Shown here: piece by piece, positions 6,693 through 17,100 of the stretch
Layout of the letters: each line of letters starts with the position of its first letter
How positions within the stretch are numbered: position 1 is the first letter of the stretch
Notes under the pieces: model-generated
Told to the model about the DNA's origin: nothing
Databases searched by the model: none
What the model saw: only the letters and a program-made list of their open reading frames with translations
Made by a program: the position numbers and the translations under genes
NCBI GenBank assembly: GCA_964344145.1
Contig: CAYFME010000005.1
Location: 1 to 60,620, forward strand
Direction of reading: 5' to 3'
From: an uncultured Gammaproteobacteria bacterium
GTDB taxonomy: Bacteria > Patescibacteriota > Patescibacteriia > UBA9934
Length of the DNA: 60,620 bases

Positions 6693-7892
6693 TCAACTGA
6701 ATCTTTTTACGATTTGTTTACTGACAAGCGTTGGGAGCTGCGCGTCCTTCGAGGCAACCTTCTTCAGAGACTTCAGTTGTTCCAATCCGATGTTTCCAAC
6801 AAAAAGCTGTTTCAAGATCTTCTCGCCATGAGCGTCAACCGCCTCTTTCACGTCAAGCAATCCTGATCGGTATAAATGATCACGCAAGAAACCAACGCCA
6901 TAGGTGTTTGCGTTGGTGATGCCGCGATACGCGCGGGCACAAAGTCGCCACGCCGCATCGTTTCCGACGTTTTGCGCATCCTCCGCTCCTGTGGCTGCAG
7001 CGAGTTGCGCGCGAGCCTGCGCAATGGTTGCGAACGTATCTTCAAAGGTTCCTTCCTGCGTGAGCGCGCACGTCCACGCGTCCCAGAATCCCGGTGCATG
7101 CCGCGGCTCTTCTTTACTTAATTGCTGCTGATAATAGATGGCGAGCCCTTCGTCGGTACGCACGTAACCGTTTAAGCCAACGTGCAAGATTTCCAGCGAC
7201 GATCGTCGACCGTTTTCTGTACGCAGCGCATGCACCTCTACCTCGTGCGTAAGAAGACGTGCCGCGCGAGCTTTTGAGATTTGTAGATTTGAAGGGATGG
7301 CAATGACGGGTCGGCGTGCACGTCGGCCACGTGTGATTTTAATAGATGGGCGAGAGGAGAACGTTACTTTCCAGCCATCGATATGATAATGATCGAGTAT
7401 TGCTTGTACCATTTTTTCAAACGCTCTGGCATCGATCGGTTCTTTGTGATTATGAAACGTATGCGCATGCTCGAGCATGCAGCTAAACTCGCGCTCAAGT
7501 TCCTGAACGTCTTGCCGCGGATGACCAAAGAGCTTTTGTGAAAGGTGCGTGACGGTTTGATCGTCACCGTGCGAGATAGCCAGAACAAGTGCCGCACGCA
7601 TGCGCAATTCATCTAACTTTTGATTGTACAGTGCACGGATCCACGTCGGTTTTGCCGGAAGGCGCGATTTGCACGCCTCGACCTCCTCAAGATAGCCCAT
7701 CACGTCAAACGACTGCGCTTCCAGATACGAAAACACCGGAGGCGTTCCCTTGTGGAACCACGCTCGGCGTTGTTCTTTTGCACGCTGCGCATCTTGTCGA
7801 ATAAGTCGGTAAAAGGGAAACGAGGGGAGCTTAAGAAGCTCGGCAAAGAATGCTGCGTCTGTTTTTTCCTTATTCCTCAACCACGCCCCCAT
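6693..7892 (-). CDS. DUF1704 / QEGLA-motif metallopeptidase-like protein
   Basis: The THEVEVHALRTENG motif and TDEGLAIYYQ (QEGLA-like) are characteristic of the DUF1704 family. Confidence 0.7.
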   Translation of the reverse strand: MGAWLRNKEKTDAAFFAELLKLPSFPFYRLIRQDAQRAKEQRRAWFHKGTPPVFSYLEAQSFDVMGYLEEVEACKSRLPAKPTWIRALYNQKLDELRMRAALVLAISHGDDQTVTHLSQKLFGHPRQDVQELEREFSCMLEHAHTFHNHKEPIDARAFEKMVQAILDHYHIDGWKVTFSSRPSIKITRGRRARRPVIAIPSNLQISKARAARLLTHEVEVHALRTENGRRSSLEILHVGLNGYVRTDEGLAIYYQQQLSKEEPRHAPGFWDAWTCALTQEGTFEDTFATIAQARAQLAAATGAEDAQNVGNDAAWRLCARAYRGITNANTYGVGFLRDHLYRSGLLDVKEAVDAHGEKILKQLFVGNIGLEQLKSLKKVASKDAQLPTLVSKQIVKRFS

Positions 7893-9684
7893 ACGCTGCG
7901 GCTTTGCTGTCAGCGGTTAGATTGGTTGTCACCCCACTCGAACCACTTTGGATCGTCGCTCCGGTCCATGTGTCGGAGGCGCTCACGTACGCGCGTTCAA
8001 GAAGCGTTGCGATTGACCCCACTTGATCGGCGCTAGGTGTAATCGCTACCTCAAACGCGGCAGCCACGACCGTGCTTCCTGGCGGCATGGTTGGGTCCAC
8101 GCTGCTGACGGACCACCGCACAGCGCCGTTTACTGATTCAATTGATGTTCCAACCGAGACGCTCTGGCGACCAGTCAACTCCACGCCCGGTCCAAGATCA
8201 GCTTCAATGAAGAGTCCTTCAAGTCCGTTGGTCGTTCCAGAGATATTCCAGAAGATCCAATACTTGGTTGTTTCGTCGACGATCGGTGGGATAGGCCCCC
8301 GACCAAGTTGATCACCGCTTGCGGTCCAGTAGCGTCCGAACGACTCAAGTACGAGCGGCGAGGTGAGGGGTGTGTCAAAGCTTATTCCTGTTGTGTTCAC
8401 CTCAATCGCTTCGCCGTCAGGACTGAACGTGAAGGTGGCGATTGGCCGCGTGGTGACGGTGATGTTTTCGTAGGTAGACAATGACGATCGTGATAGTGAT
8501 GATCGAACAGGGACGGTGAGGGTTAGCGTTCCAGACCCGCTCGGCTCAATGGTCGACGGCGTGTCAAAGACAAGATCGCCTGAGAACACACTGACGTTCG
8601 ACGTAAGTTCGAGCTCAACGTCTGTGAGTGTGTGCTCACTGTCGTTTTCATACGTCAGCGTAACGGTTGCATTCTCACCTGGTTGTAGCGATGACTGCTC
8701 GACAGCATGCGTAAGCGTCAACGGCGGCGGTAGGATGTCAATCGTGTCGATGAGTTGCTCTTGCGTGTATCGGGCGTCGTCAAATACGAACGATGGCGCA
8801 AACGTGAACGTGGAGTCATCCTGTGTTCCAAGACGACCCACGAACTCAATCACTCCCTCTTCTTCTGGATCAATACCGCTGACATGGAACGCCCCGTCGC
8901 TTTGCGGCCCAGGACTCGCTGAAATGAGCGTAAAGCTCTCCGGCCACTGCGGTTCAATAGTCATGTCTGGGAATGAGACATCTCCTGTGTTTTGATACGT
9001 AATCGTTCCTTCTACAAGCTGGTAAGCGACAAGATGTTCTGGCAGTGTTAACTCCAGTGCGAGCGTGGACGTTGTAGGGGAGAAGACATGCTCGATGACT
9101 TTTGTGTCTGTCATCTCATCCTCGCCGTACGTATAGTCGAGCGTTGTTGTGAAGATTTGTTCACCGCCAACGTCGCCAAACATGGTTCCACGCACGTGGA
9201 TGAATCCGTATTGATCTGGAACAACATCGCCAAGCTCGAACGTTTGATAGCCGATTTCCTGTGCGTCTTCCGACTCGATAGCATCGAGCTCGAAGTGAGC
9301 GGGGAAGTCGAAGCGGACTTGCGCGTCGTTGATGGTCTCGTTGCTTTGATTCTCAAAACGGAACGTTAACGTTGAGGCACCACCGGTAATCACTTCAACC
9401 GGTGCGACGTCAGCGTTGACGACAATGAGGTCTGGTGTTGAGCGAGGTACGAGCATCCAAATCAAGCCAAAGAGCGTGAGGATAATCACTCCCAGTCCAA
9501 TGGCATCGAGCCATTTGTGCAAACCCTCTCGTTCGTGACGATAGGTTCCCTTCATGAGCATCTCCACGGGTTCAGAGATATGTTTGCTGGCTTGGGTGCC
9601 GATATTTAATGTGCAGACAAGAAGATTGCGCTTCTTGCCTTCGCCAAAAGGCTCACAGACGAGTTTTGGTTTTTTATCAGCCAT
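7870..9684 (-). CDS. Membrane-anchored protein with repeated Ig-like (DUF11/CARDB-type) modules
   Basis: 604 aa with one TM (LGVIILTLFGLIWMLV) followed by repeated beta-rich segments (TLTFRFENQS, TVTLTYENDS). It overlaps the downstream gene by 23 nt. Confidence 0.65.
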   Translation of the reverse strand: MADKKPKLVCEPFGEGKKRNLLVCTLNIGTQASKHISEPVEMLMKGTYRHEREGLHKWLDAIGLGVIILTLFGLIWMLVPRSTPDLIVVNADVAPVEVITGGASTLTFRFENQSNETINDAQVRFDFPAHFELDAIESEDAQEIGYQTFELGDVVPDQYGFIHVRGTMFGDVGGEQIFTTTLDYTYGEDEMTDTKVIEHVFSPTTSTLALELTLPEHLVAYQLVEGTITYQNTGDVSFPDMTIEPQWPESFTLISASPGPQSDGAFHVSGIDPEEEGVIEFVGRLGTQDDSTFTFAPSFVFDDARYTQEQLIDTIDILPPPLTLTHAVEQSSLQPGENATVTLTYENDSEHTLTDVELELTSNVSVFSGDLVFDTPSTIEPSGSGTLTLTVPVRSSLSRSSLSTYENITVTTRPIATFTFSPDGEAIEVNTTGISFDTPLTSPLVLESFGRYWTASGDQLGRGPIPPIVDETTKYWIFWNISGTTNGLEGLFIEADLGPGVELTGRQSVSVGTSIESVNGAVRWSVSSVDPTMPPGSTVVAAAFEVAITPSADQVGSIATLLERAYVSASDTWTGATIQSGSSGVTTNLTADSKAAAYGGVVEE

Positions 9685-9692
9685 ACAGTGTT

Positions 9693-11669
9693 TTAAAAGC
9701 CAAGGCTTGAAAGGGTAAAGACGTCTTGCGTGAAGGCGATGATCTCATCAATACCGTCACCATCAAGGTCAGCGGACGACACTTCAATGCCGACGCCCTC
9801 ATTTGTATCCAATGCCCAAAACGGCTCTTCAAGAAGGTTGCCATCTTTATCATACACCCGAATCTCTGGCGCGCCACCTAATCCTGGCCCGGTGACGATT
9901 TCATCAATGTCATCGCCATTGATATCGGCGGCTGAAACGTTCACGCCACCGCGGAAATCCTCATCGTAGGCAAAGAAGCCGGGGTTGATGAGTGTGCCGT
10001 GTTTATTAAACACACGTACATGCGGTCCGCCTCCAACACCAGCGCCACAGATGATTTCGAACGTGTTGTCGCCATTGAGATCGCCAATGGTGACGTTCAC
10101 GCCGCCTCGGTAGACTTCATCGTAGGCGAAGAAGCCGGGGTTGATTAGCACGCCGTCGGCGTTGAAGACGCGCACATGCGCACCACCACCGTCTTCGGTT
10201 CCGGTTACGATCTCAACGGACCCGTCAGCTTCAAGATCGCCAACTGAAATGTTGATGCCGTTGCCGTACGCCTCTGTATACGGATAAAAGCTGGCGTGTA
10301 ATGAACCGTCGCTGTTGTAGATAAAGACCTGTGAATCATCGGCGGTGACGGTTTCTGGATCACCATCGTCATCAAGGTCATATGTGACAACTTGCATGCC
10401 ACCGAGGTAGTCGCCGTCGTAGGAGAAGAATCCTGTTCGCTTCACATCACCGTCGCCGGCAAACACACGAGCGAACGCTCCGTTTAAGAACACGGCGTCA
10501 ACGATTTCCTCCAACGGTCGCAACAGCAAAATGCCGTCTTTTGCCCCAAGGGTGAGGCGCGAAATGATAGATCCGTCGTTTATATCGGGATCTTGCTCGC
10601 CGTGCAGCTTTTCAAACTCACCACCCAGACGAATGGTTACCTCTTCGTCTGTTGGGTTGGTAACGACTTTTCCATTGGTAAACTCGCGCGACCATACGCC
10701 GTCTTCTTCCACGGCCTCATCCTTTGGCGTTCCCAAAAAGGCCTCATACTCATCGTAGCGCCACAGCTGTGCATGTTCTTGCGTTCCAAAGTCGAAGCCG
10801 AAGAATCCGCTGGCGAGCAACGCGCTGGAGAGACCAAAGCGCACGCGTTGATAGTTTGACTTGTTGCCAGTATTGTCTGTGTCGCTGTTGATCAAGATAA
10901 CCGGATCGTACGCAACGTTTTCTTCCAGCGCGAGATAGTTTGTGATATTCGTCTGCCAGCTTCCATCACCTTCCCATGGAGTGGGGAAGGACTCAAACAT
11001 ACGACCGTTCACGTACGGTGCATGCTGAAGATCAGAACTTCCGTTTGAAATGATGATTTTGTCTGAGCCAACACGCGAGCGCGTGTCAGCAAATAGCTGC
11101 GTGTAGGCATCAACCCAGGCATCGTCAATGTCGTTCGCACCGCTGGCGAGTTGTAGATCGCCGACCCAGCTGATCGAATCGTTTACTTCATCGTAAAAGA
11201 CGCCATCCCAGTAATCGTCGTGCAAGATTTCTTCTGCCACAAACTCGGCAAGGTAGCCGTTCCACCCCGACGTCAAATCGAGCGCCTGCGTTCCCGGCCA
11301 AATCGATACATCATCACCGTCATCCGTTTGCAACCAATATGATGATTGGATGCCGTCGTAGAGATCTTCATGAAGCGCATCGCTCCAAATCGTGTTCCAG
11401 CTCACGCTTGGAACATAAGCGAGCAGAATGATATCCGGATTTATCTCGCGAATCGTGTCGGAAAAATCATCGTTCCACACCTGCGCTTCGGCAGGAATGA
11501 CAAGCAGATCGTAAAGGGCGAGCGTCTCGAGGGTATCTTGGTCCTCCAAATGCGTTCCTGAAAGCAGAAAATAGTTCGCCGTCTTCACCGCGTTTTCCTG
11601 CGCCGTTGTTGCAACTGCCCCTGTCAGCAGCACCAATGCACAAAGACTATAGGCGAGCCATCTCTTCAC
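9693..11669 (-). CDS. Secreted glycoside-hydrolase-like (GH114/GHL15-type TIM barrel) protein with C-terminal FG-GAP/VCBS repeats
   Basis: Signal peptide is MKRWLAYSLCALVLLTGAVATTAQ. The C-terminus has five or more repeats of the form GDLNGDxxxEIVTGxGxGGGPHVRVFNxDG. Confidence 0.7.
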   Translation of the reverse strand: MKRWLAYSLCALVLLTGAVATTAQENAVKTANYFLLSGTHLEDQDTLETLALYDLLVIPAEAQVWNDDFSDTIREINPDIILLAYVPSVSWNTIWSDALHEDLYDGIQSSYWLQTDDGDDVSIWPGTQALDLTSGWNGYLAEFVAEEILHDDYWDGVFYDEVNDSISWVGDLQLASGANDIDDAWVDAYTQLFADTRSRVGSDKIIISNGSSDLQHAPYVNGRMFESFPTPWEGDGSWQTNITNYLALEENVAYDPVILINSDTDNTGNKSNYQRVRFGLSSALLASGFFGFDFGTQEHAQLWRYDEYEAFLGTPKDEAVEEDGVWSREFTNGKVVTNPTDEEVTIRLGGEFEKLHGEQDPDINDGSIISRLTLGAKDGILLLRPLEEIVDAVFLNGAFARVFAGDGDVKRTGFFSYDGDYLGGMQVVTYDLDDDGDPETVTADDSQVFIYNSDGSLHASFYPYTEAYGNGINISVGDLEADGSVEIVTGTEDGGGAHVRVFNADGVLINPGFFAYDEVYRGGVNVTIGDLNGDNTFEIICGAGVGGGPHVRVFNKHGTLINPGFFAYDEDFRGGVNVSAADINGDDIDEIVTGPGLGGAPEIRVYDKDGNLLEEPFWALDTNEGVGIEVSSADLDGDGIDEIIAFTQDVFTLSSLGF

Positions 11670-11674
11670 AGGCG

Positions 11675-11971
11675 TTATTGCTTGCGTTCATCCTCGCTAG
11701 CGAGGCGTCCTGGGTTAGGGGAGTAGAGCGTGTTTTTAATGCGCCACCGCTCAACAAACTGGCCAATGCCAGCGCGGTCGCGCTTGTTGCGCACCGTGGT
11801 ACTCGACTGAGACCATTTAAGAAGTGATTCAAAGTCGATTTTGTAGCGACCTTGGACCACAATGTAGCTAATGTCGCCCTTGGCAATGGCCCGACGAATC
11901 GTTCGGGTCGATACGCCAAAGAGGCGGGCGGCTTCCGATACGGATAGCCTAACTGGGGGTGTAATGCTCAT
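11675..11971 (-). CDS. Excisionase/MerR-type helix-turn-helix DNA-binding protein
   Basis: LSVSEAARLFGVSTRTIRRAIAKGDI is a classic HTH_17-type motif. It is the first gene of the minus-strand operon. Confidence 0.75.
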   Translation of the reverse strand: MSITPPVRLSVSEAARLFGVSTRTIRRAIAKGDISYIVVQGRYKIDFESLLKWSQSSTTVRNKRDRAGIGQFVERWRIKNTLYSPNPGRLASEDERKQ

Positions 11972-11987
11972 AAAAGAGTAACTAAAT

Positions 11988-12005
11988 GTCTACTCTAGAG
12001 TAGAC
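11988..12005. promoter_or_regulatory. 18-nt perfect palindrome GTCTACTCTAGAGTAGAC overlapping the -10 of the HTH operon promoter (operator candidate)
   Basis: The perfect dyad lies 17 nt upstream of the HTH start codon (11971). Confidence 0.5.
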
Positions 12006-12025
12006 AAACAGGAGTTGATTGTCAA
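11997..12025 (-). promoter_or_regulatory. Sigma70-type promoter for HTH operon
   Basis: Minus strand reads TTGACA (12025-12020), a 17-nt spacer, then TACTCT (12002-11997). Confidence 0.55.
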
Positions 12026-12030
12026 GTTTT

Positions 12031-12190
12031 GAGACCACCGCGGCGTAGATCTTTGAGATTATTTTGCTAGAATTTTGGCGAGCCTAAGCGAAAAAATTGA
12101 GCAATAGCAAAAGCTATTTCGAAATTTTTTCGCAACGGCGCAGACGAATTCTAGCAAAATAGGCCAAAGTAGATACGCCGCGGTGGTCTC
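12031..12190. repeat. 160-nt long imperfect palindrome with 17-bp perfect termini
   Basis: GAGACCACCGCGGCGTA (12031-12047) pairs with TACGCCGCGGTGGTCTC (12174-12190). Inner helices are ATTTTGCTAGAATT/AATTCTAGCAAAAT, CGAAAAAATT/AATTTTTTCG and an apical AATAGC-AAAA-GCTATT. Confidence 0.85.
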
Positions 12191-12193
12191 CAC

Positions 12194-12222
12194 TTGCCAA
12201 AATGGCCAATCTTTGCTATGTT
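12194..12222 (+). promoter_or_regulatory. Sigma70-type promoter for ECF sigma gene
   Basis: TTGCCA at 12194-12199, a 17-nt spacer ending TTTGC, and TATGTT at 12217-12222. Confidence 0.5.
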
Positions 12223-12265
12223 TTGCCTTCACTGTAATGATTTAGTGATTTTCCCGACATATTAA

Positions 12266-12811
12266 ATGAGCATGCGACACCGTCATAAATTCCTGCTTTT
12301 TCGCGTCTATCGGTTTCGCGACACACAAGCGTACGGAGAGTTGTACGACGTGTATGTTGCACGCATTCGACGATTCGTTTCCTTTCGTGTGGGGAGTCCG
12401 CATGACGCTGAAGAGCTGACCGCGGAAGTGTTCCTACGAGGATGGGAATACGCAACGTCGAGCATGATCGAAAAGCCCAGCGCGCTGTTCTACCGTATCG
12501 CTCGAAATGTGGTCGCCGATCATTATCGAGAGCGAGAGAAGATGGGGGAGACCGCGAGCATGCAAGAAGCGCATGAAGTGCCAGATTCCACACCCATTGC
12601 CTCCGAACAAATGGAAATGGCGGAGGATCAAGCGCAGCTACTGCGAGCGCTCAAGTCCCTTAAAGAGGAATATCGCGATGCGCTCATGATGCGCTACATG
12701 GATGAGATGAGTGTAAAGGAGATCGCACAAGCTTTAGAGAAAACCCCAAACAACGTTCGTGTGCTCTTGCACCGCGCTAAAAAGGCCCTCGAGAGCGTTG
12801 TCCAAAAATAG
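12266..12811 (+). CDS. ECF (sigma-70 family, group 4) RNA polymerase sigma factor
   Basis: Region 2 (AEELTAEVFLRGWE, FYRIARNVVADHYRE) and region 4 (YRDALMMRYMDEMSVKEIAQALEKTPNNVRVLLHRAKKAL) are both recognisable. Confidence 0.85.
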   Translation: MSMRHRHKFLLFRVYRFRDTQAYGELYDVYVARIRRFVSFRVGSPHDAEELTAEVFLRGWEYATSSMIEKPSALFYRIARNVVADHYREREKMGETASMQEAHEVPDSTPIASEQMEMAEDQAQLLRALKSLKEEYRDALMMRYMDEMSVKEIAQALEKTPNNVRVLLHRAKKALESVVQK

Positions 12812-12824
12812 ATCCAATAGAAGA

Positions 12825-13961
12825 ATGTCCAACCTAACAAAACAACTCAAGGCTCTGAAAGACCACCCACAAGCGGGGTGGGCGAGCACGTCTGCGAACG
12901 ATCGCGGGCGCGAGGTGTTGATGCAGGCGATTGGAAACCACGGCGCGACCGATGTGGTCGCTCAGGATGGGGTTGCTTCCTACTTTAGTTGGAATGCGAT
13001 TCAAGTTATGACGCGCCCAGTGACAGCTGGGGCGCTTGTTTTTGTCCTGCTGTTTGGTGGATGGATGACAACGGTTCAGGCCGCATCTTCAAGTTTGCCT
13101 GGTGACACATTGTACGGACTGAAGTTGGTAACGGAGCGTGCACAGTTGGCTATTTCTTCTGCTGAGCGTCGCGCCGTCTTGCATACCGAGTTTGCACAAC
13201 GTCGCTTGAATGAGGCGACCGTGCTGCAGTCTCTTGGTGAGAGCGAGCTCGTGCCGGAGGCCATGGAAGCATTCCGCGAGCAGTTGCATGAAGCGCAGGA
13301 AGGTCTGCAACAGCTCAAGGACGAAGGGAATACCGACACCATTGCGATCGCTAGTGCCATTGATCAGAAGGTTGATGATCTTAGTGATAGTCTGACGACG
13401 TTTGAGAATGCTCAGGAAACGGTTGGTGAGGTTGACGAGTCCAAGCAAGTTGCTCGTGAGGTGTCGGATTCTGCGGTTGAGACGATTGTTGATGCACACG
13501 AGACCGAGGAGACCGAAGAGTCTAAGTGGGCATTGGAGCAGTCATTCCGCAGTGAGTATGCGGCATTGGTTTCACGCCAGAGCTTTGACGCCGGACGTAT
13601 TGCCGTGATTGAGCAGGTGCTGGCGAATGTGGATGATCCAGCAGTACTGTTGCAGGGCATTGATTTGAGCAGCCTGCACTATGAAGTGGAAGCGTCGACC
13701 GACTCTGTTGCGCGTGCGATGGACTTGGCGGCGGCAGGTGGCTATCGCGGAGCGTTCGAGATTCTAGGTGAAGCGGACGAGATTCTGTTGGCACTTGAGG
13801 CACAGTTGGCGCAGATTGAGTTCGCCATCATGAATGGTATAGATGCCAGCGGATCGCAAGCGGATACTAGCGGAGATGAGCCCGAAGCTCAGCAGGTCGA
13901 GGTCGAGGTGGGTACGGACGGAGACTCTGTTATAAAGCTGAAAGAAGATTCGATCGAGTGA
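12825..13961 (+). CDS. Putative anti-sigma factor (DUF5667-like, single TM, acidic coiled-coil ectodomain)
   Basis: The ATG at 12825 is 14 nt after the sigma stop. Supporting features are the TM GALVFVLLFGGWMTTV, the LPGDTLYGLKLVTERAQL motif, and position next to the ECF sigma gene. Confidence 0.6.
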   Translation: MSNLTKQLKALKDHPQAGWASTSANDRGREVLMQAIGNHGATDVVAQDGVASYFSWNAIQVMTRPVTAGALVFVLLFGGWMTTVQAASSSLPGDTLYGLKLVTERAQLAISSAERRAVLHTEFAQRRLNEATVLQSLGESELVPEAMEAFREQLHEAQEGLQQLKDEGNTDTIAIASAIDQKVDDLSDSLTTFENAQETVGEVDESKQVAREVSDSAVETIVDAHETEETEESKWALEQSFRSEYAALVSRQSFDAGRIAVIEQVLANVDDPAVLLQGIDLSSLHYEVEASTDSVARAMDLAAAGGYRGAFEILGEADEILLALEAQLAQIEFAIMNGIDASGSQADTSGDEPEAQQVEVEVGTDGDSVIKLKEDSIE

Positions 13962-14012
13962 AACTTCCCCTAAGATGCGTCTTTGCCTGGACTGATCAAT
14001 TTGGTCGGTCAG

Positions 14013-14036
14013 GGCAGAAACGTATCAACGTTTCTG
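14013..14036 (+). terminator. Hairpin terminator
   Basis: GCAGAAACGT-ATCA-ACGTTTCTGC forms a perfect 10-bp stem. Confidence 0.5.
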
Positions 14037-14199
14037 CATTCAAAATTCGTGCGTGATTGGCGTAAACGTCCTGGTTAATTCAACCAATGATTAATTCATG
14101 ACGTTTTGATCAGTCACACACCGTGGAACAGAGTTTAAAGGTCGAGACCGCATGGTCACTCTGCCCACCTACTCATATTAGAGAAAGGATCAGATAGTT

Positions 14200-17100
14200 A
14201 TGGACAATACGTTCGTAGTTCGCCGACGTGTCTTTGCCATCGTTACGACGGTTGCAATGATCTTGGGAACTTTGAGTGCTGCTATCGTCCCTGCTACGGC
14301 TTCCGCCGCTTCCGGTGGAGACCTGATCATGGGTGAGTCGCTCTCAACGTTGTACTACTATGGTTACGACGGTTCCCGATACACGTTCCCGAACGAAAAA
14401 ACATTCATGACGTGGCGTGCAGACTTCGATGATGTTGAAACGATCTCTGACTCAGAGCTCGCTGACATCTCGCTTGCAGGTAACGTTGTGTACCGTCCTG
14501 GATCTTACTGGATTAAGATCACCAGTGACGCAAAAACATACGCTGTTTCAACCGACGGCATGATCCACTGGATCGAGTCCGAGGATGTAGCAGTTGACTA
14601 TGCTGGAGACGACTGGAACGAAGGAATTCACGACGTTCCTGATGTCTTCTTCGTTGACTACTCCGCTGGAGCTTCTCTTGAGTCCGCAACCGCGTACGAC
14701 GGATTGGCTTACATGGATGGCAGCGACTACTACCTCTCATGGGGTGGTGAAAAGCGCATGATGAATGAAATGGACGACAACTACTACTGGGACTGGATGT
14801 TCCTCGACGGTGAGGGCATCGATGACAGCAGCTTGTCCGACGGATCAGACATCGACGCAGCAGAGTGTGCTCTTTACGACATCGCACAGACAGGCGACTG
14901 TTCTGACGATAGCGATGACGACTCAGACAGCTCCGGAGACCTCGAGGTTTCTGTTGCATCTGATACACCAGCAGCAATGTCGATTCCTAACTCGGCAGCT
15001 CGTGTAGCGGTTGCATCCTTCGACTTCGAAGCAGGTTCTGAGGACGCAGAGCTCAACTCACTTACCGTTACGCTCGGTGGTCTTGCTACCACGGGTGCGA
15101 TCAACACGGACGGTGTTTACCTTTACGAAGGTGAGAGCCGTTTGACCGAGGGTCGCACGGTTAACTCTTCCACACGTCAGGCTACGTTCTCCGCTTTGAA
15201 CATTGCTGTTGAAGCTGGGGAAACCGTAACCCTTTCCGTGGTTGTTGACATGAGCACAACGGTTAACGACGGAAGCTTCTACTTCTACCTCTCTGAGGAA
15301 GGAGACGTTGATGCCGACGGTGACGTTGATGGTGACTTCCCACTTGATGGTGAGACCCACAGCATCACGGACATCGATGTTGGATCCGTTACATTGACGA
15401 AGACCGGTTCGATTGCAAACCCTACCTTGGGTGAGGACGACGCCATTGTTGGTAAGTTCCAAGTCCAGGTTGGTTCAGGTGAGGACATCTCTATTGAGAC
15501 CATCACCCTGAAGGTCGACCAGGCTTCTGATCACGACGACTTCAAGCTCTGGCAGGGATCTGACCAGATTGGAACCGGTGAGTACATCGGTAACAAGCTC
15601 GTTCTCTTCACGCTTGATGAAGCTTACGAGATTGAAAAGTCAAAGAACGTGAACTTCTCCGTCTCAATGGACGTTGGAGGTCAGGCAAACGACGCAGTCG
15701 ACGTCTACCTCAACTCCGATGCAGACTTCAACGCTACTGGTGACGACTACGGATTCAACGTAACCGTTACCCGTTCAGCCTACGATGGTGGTAGCGCAAG
15801 TGGTACGGAAGCTTCCGGATCATGTAGCGCAACCACGGATGACTGTTCCTACTCGACCATTCAGGGTGGTGACATCACGTTCTCATTCGGCGGTCCATCC
15901 GCTTCTGACGTGAAGGACGGTGCGGAGGATTACTCCTTCCTCGACTTCTCAGTCACATCTGCTGACTGGGCAGAAGTTGATTCCATGGCGATTATCGTTG
16001 ACGGAACTGACGCTGACTCAGGTGGAGACTCAGGTCTTGATGACTTGATCCTCACCGACATCAAGCTCGTCATGTCTGACGACGCATCCCTCGTTGCAGG
16101 ACCACAGGAGCTCAGCTCTTCAGGATCTGCAACACAGCAGACCATCACCTTCTCAGACAACTGGGTTCTTGAGGCAGGTGAGACGTATGACATGTCTGTG
16201 ACGGCTGACGTTGACAGCACGGTTGCTGAAAACAACGACACCATCACCATGACACTCGACGTCAGTGGTTTGACCATTGAGGATGCAAACAACGATGCAA
16301 TCGCTTCTGCGGACATCGTTCCATCAGCTGACATGGCTGGTTACGCTCACACGGTCGCATCGGCATCTCTTACCGTTACATTGGCATCTACCCCAACGGG
16401 TGATACTACTGTTGTTCGCGGTATGGATGATATCGACGTTGTTGGCTTCAACTTCGAGGCTGGTGACGGTAGCGACATCGAGATTACCGACCTGACAGTT
16501 GAGGTATGGGTTGACGAAGATTCCGGTGGAACCTTCGCAATCGGAACTGAGGGTTCAACGAACTCCACAGACCGAATCAGCTCATGTTCTCTCTACGACA
16601 CCGACGACACATTGATCGCTGGACCAGAATCTGTTTCAAGTGCTGCCGCAGGTACGCTCTTGTTCCAGAACTTCTCCTGGTGGATCGACGCTGGAGCAAT
16701 CGAGAAGGTATTCGTTCGCTGTAACCTAGCCAACGTGGCTCCAGGAACAGACGACGAGTTCGCCTTCGAGATTGACGGTGCCGGTGCTGCTGACAGCGCT
16801 GACATCACAGCTCTGGATGATGAAGGAACAAGCTTGGCTTCTGGTGACATCACGGCTGCGTCTATCAACGCATCTGAGGGCACCAAGATCTCTGTCACGG
16901 CTAACGGATCACTGACCGTTGCTGTTGACTCAGGTACGCCAAGTGCTGACTTCGTCATGACCGGTAGCTCCGACAACCACGTCACCACGCTTGAGTGGAC
17001 CGCTACAAACGAAGACTTCGAAATCACCACGTTGACCGTTGCTGAGCAACAGGCGAAGCAGGACGACGCTGATGATGACGACAGTGCAACTGATGAGGAT

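Noticed and set aside
12031-12190. The termini of the long palindrome contain GAGACC and GGTCTC (BsaI sites) plus CCGCGG (SacII), resembling a Golden-Gate dropout cassette or cloning artefact.
   Set aside because: The sites are an automatic consequence of the inverted repeat. The interior has no vector-like content, and the surrounding genes and promoters are native in style.
14125-14150. A possible ECF-type promoter (GGAAC -35) upstream of the giant surface protein gene.
   Set aside because: I found only the pentamer. There is no convincing -10 (CGT/TC-type) at 16-17 nt, so it is mentioned only as a hypothesis under the locus finding.
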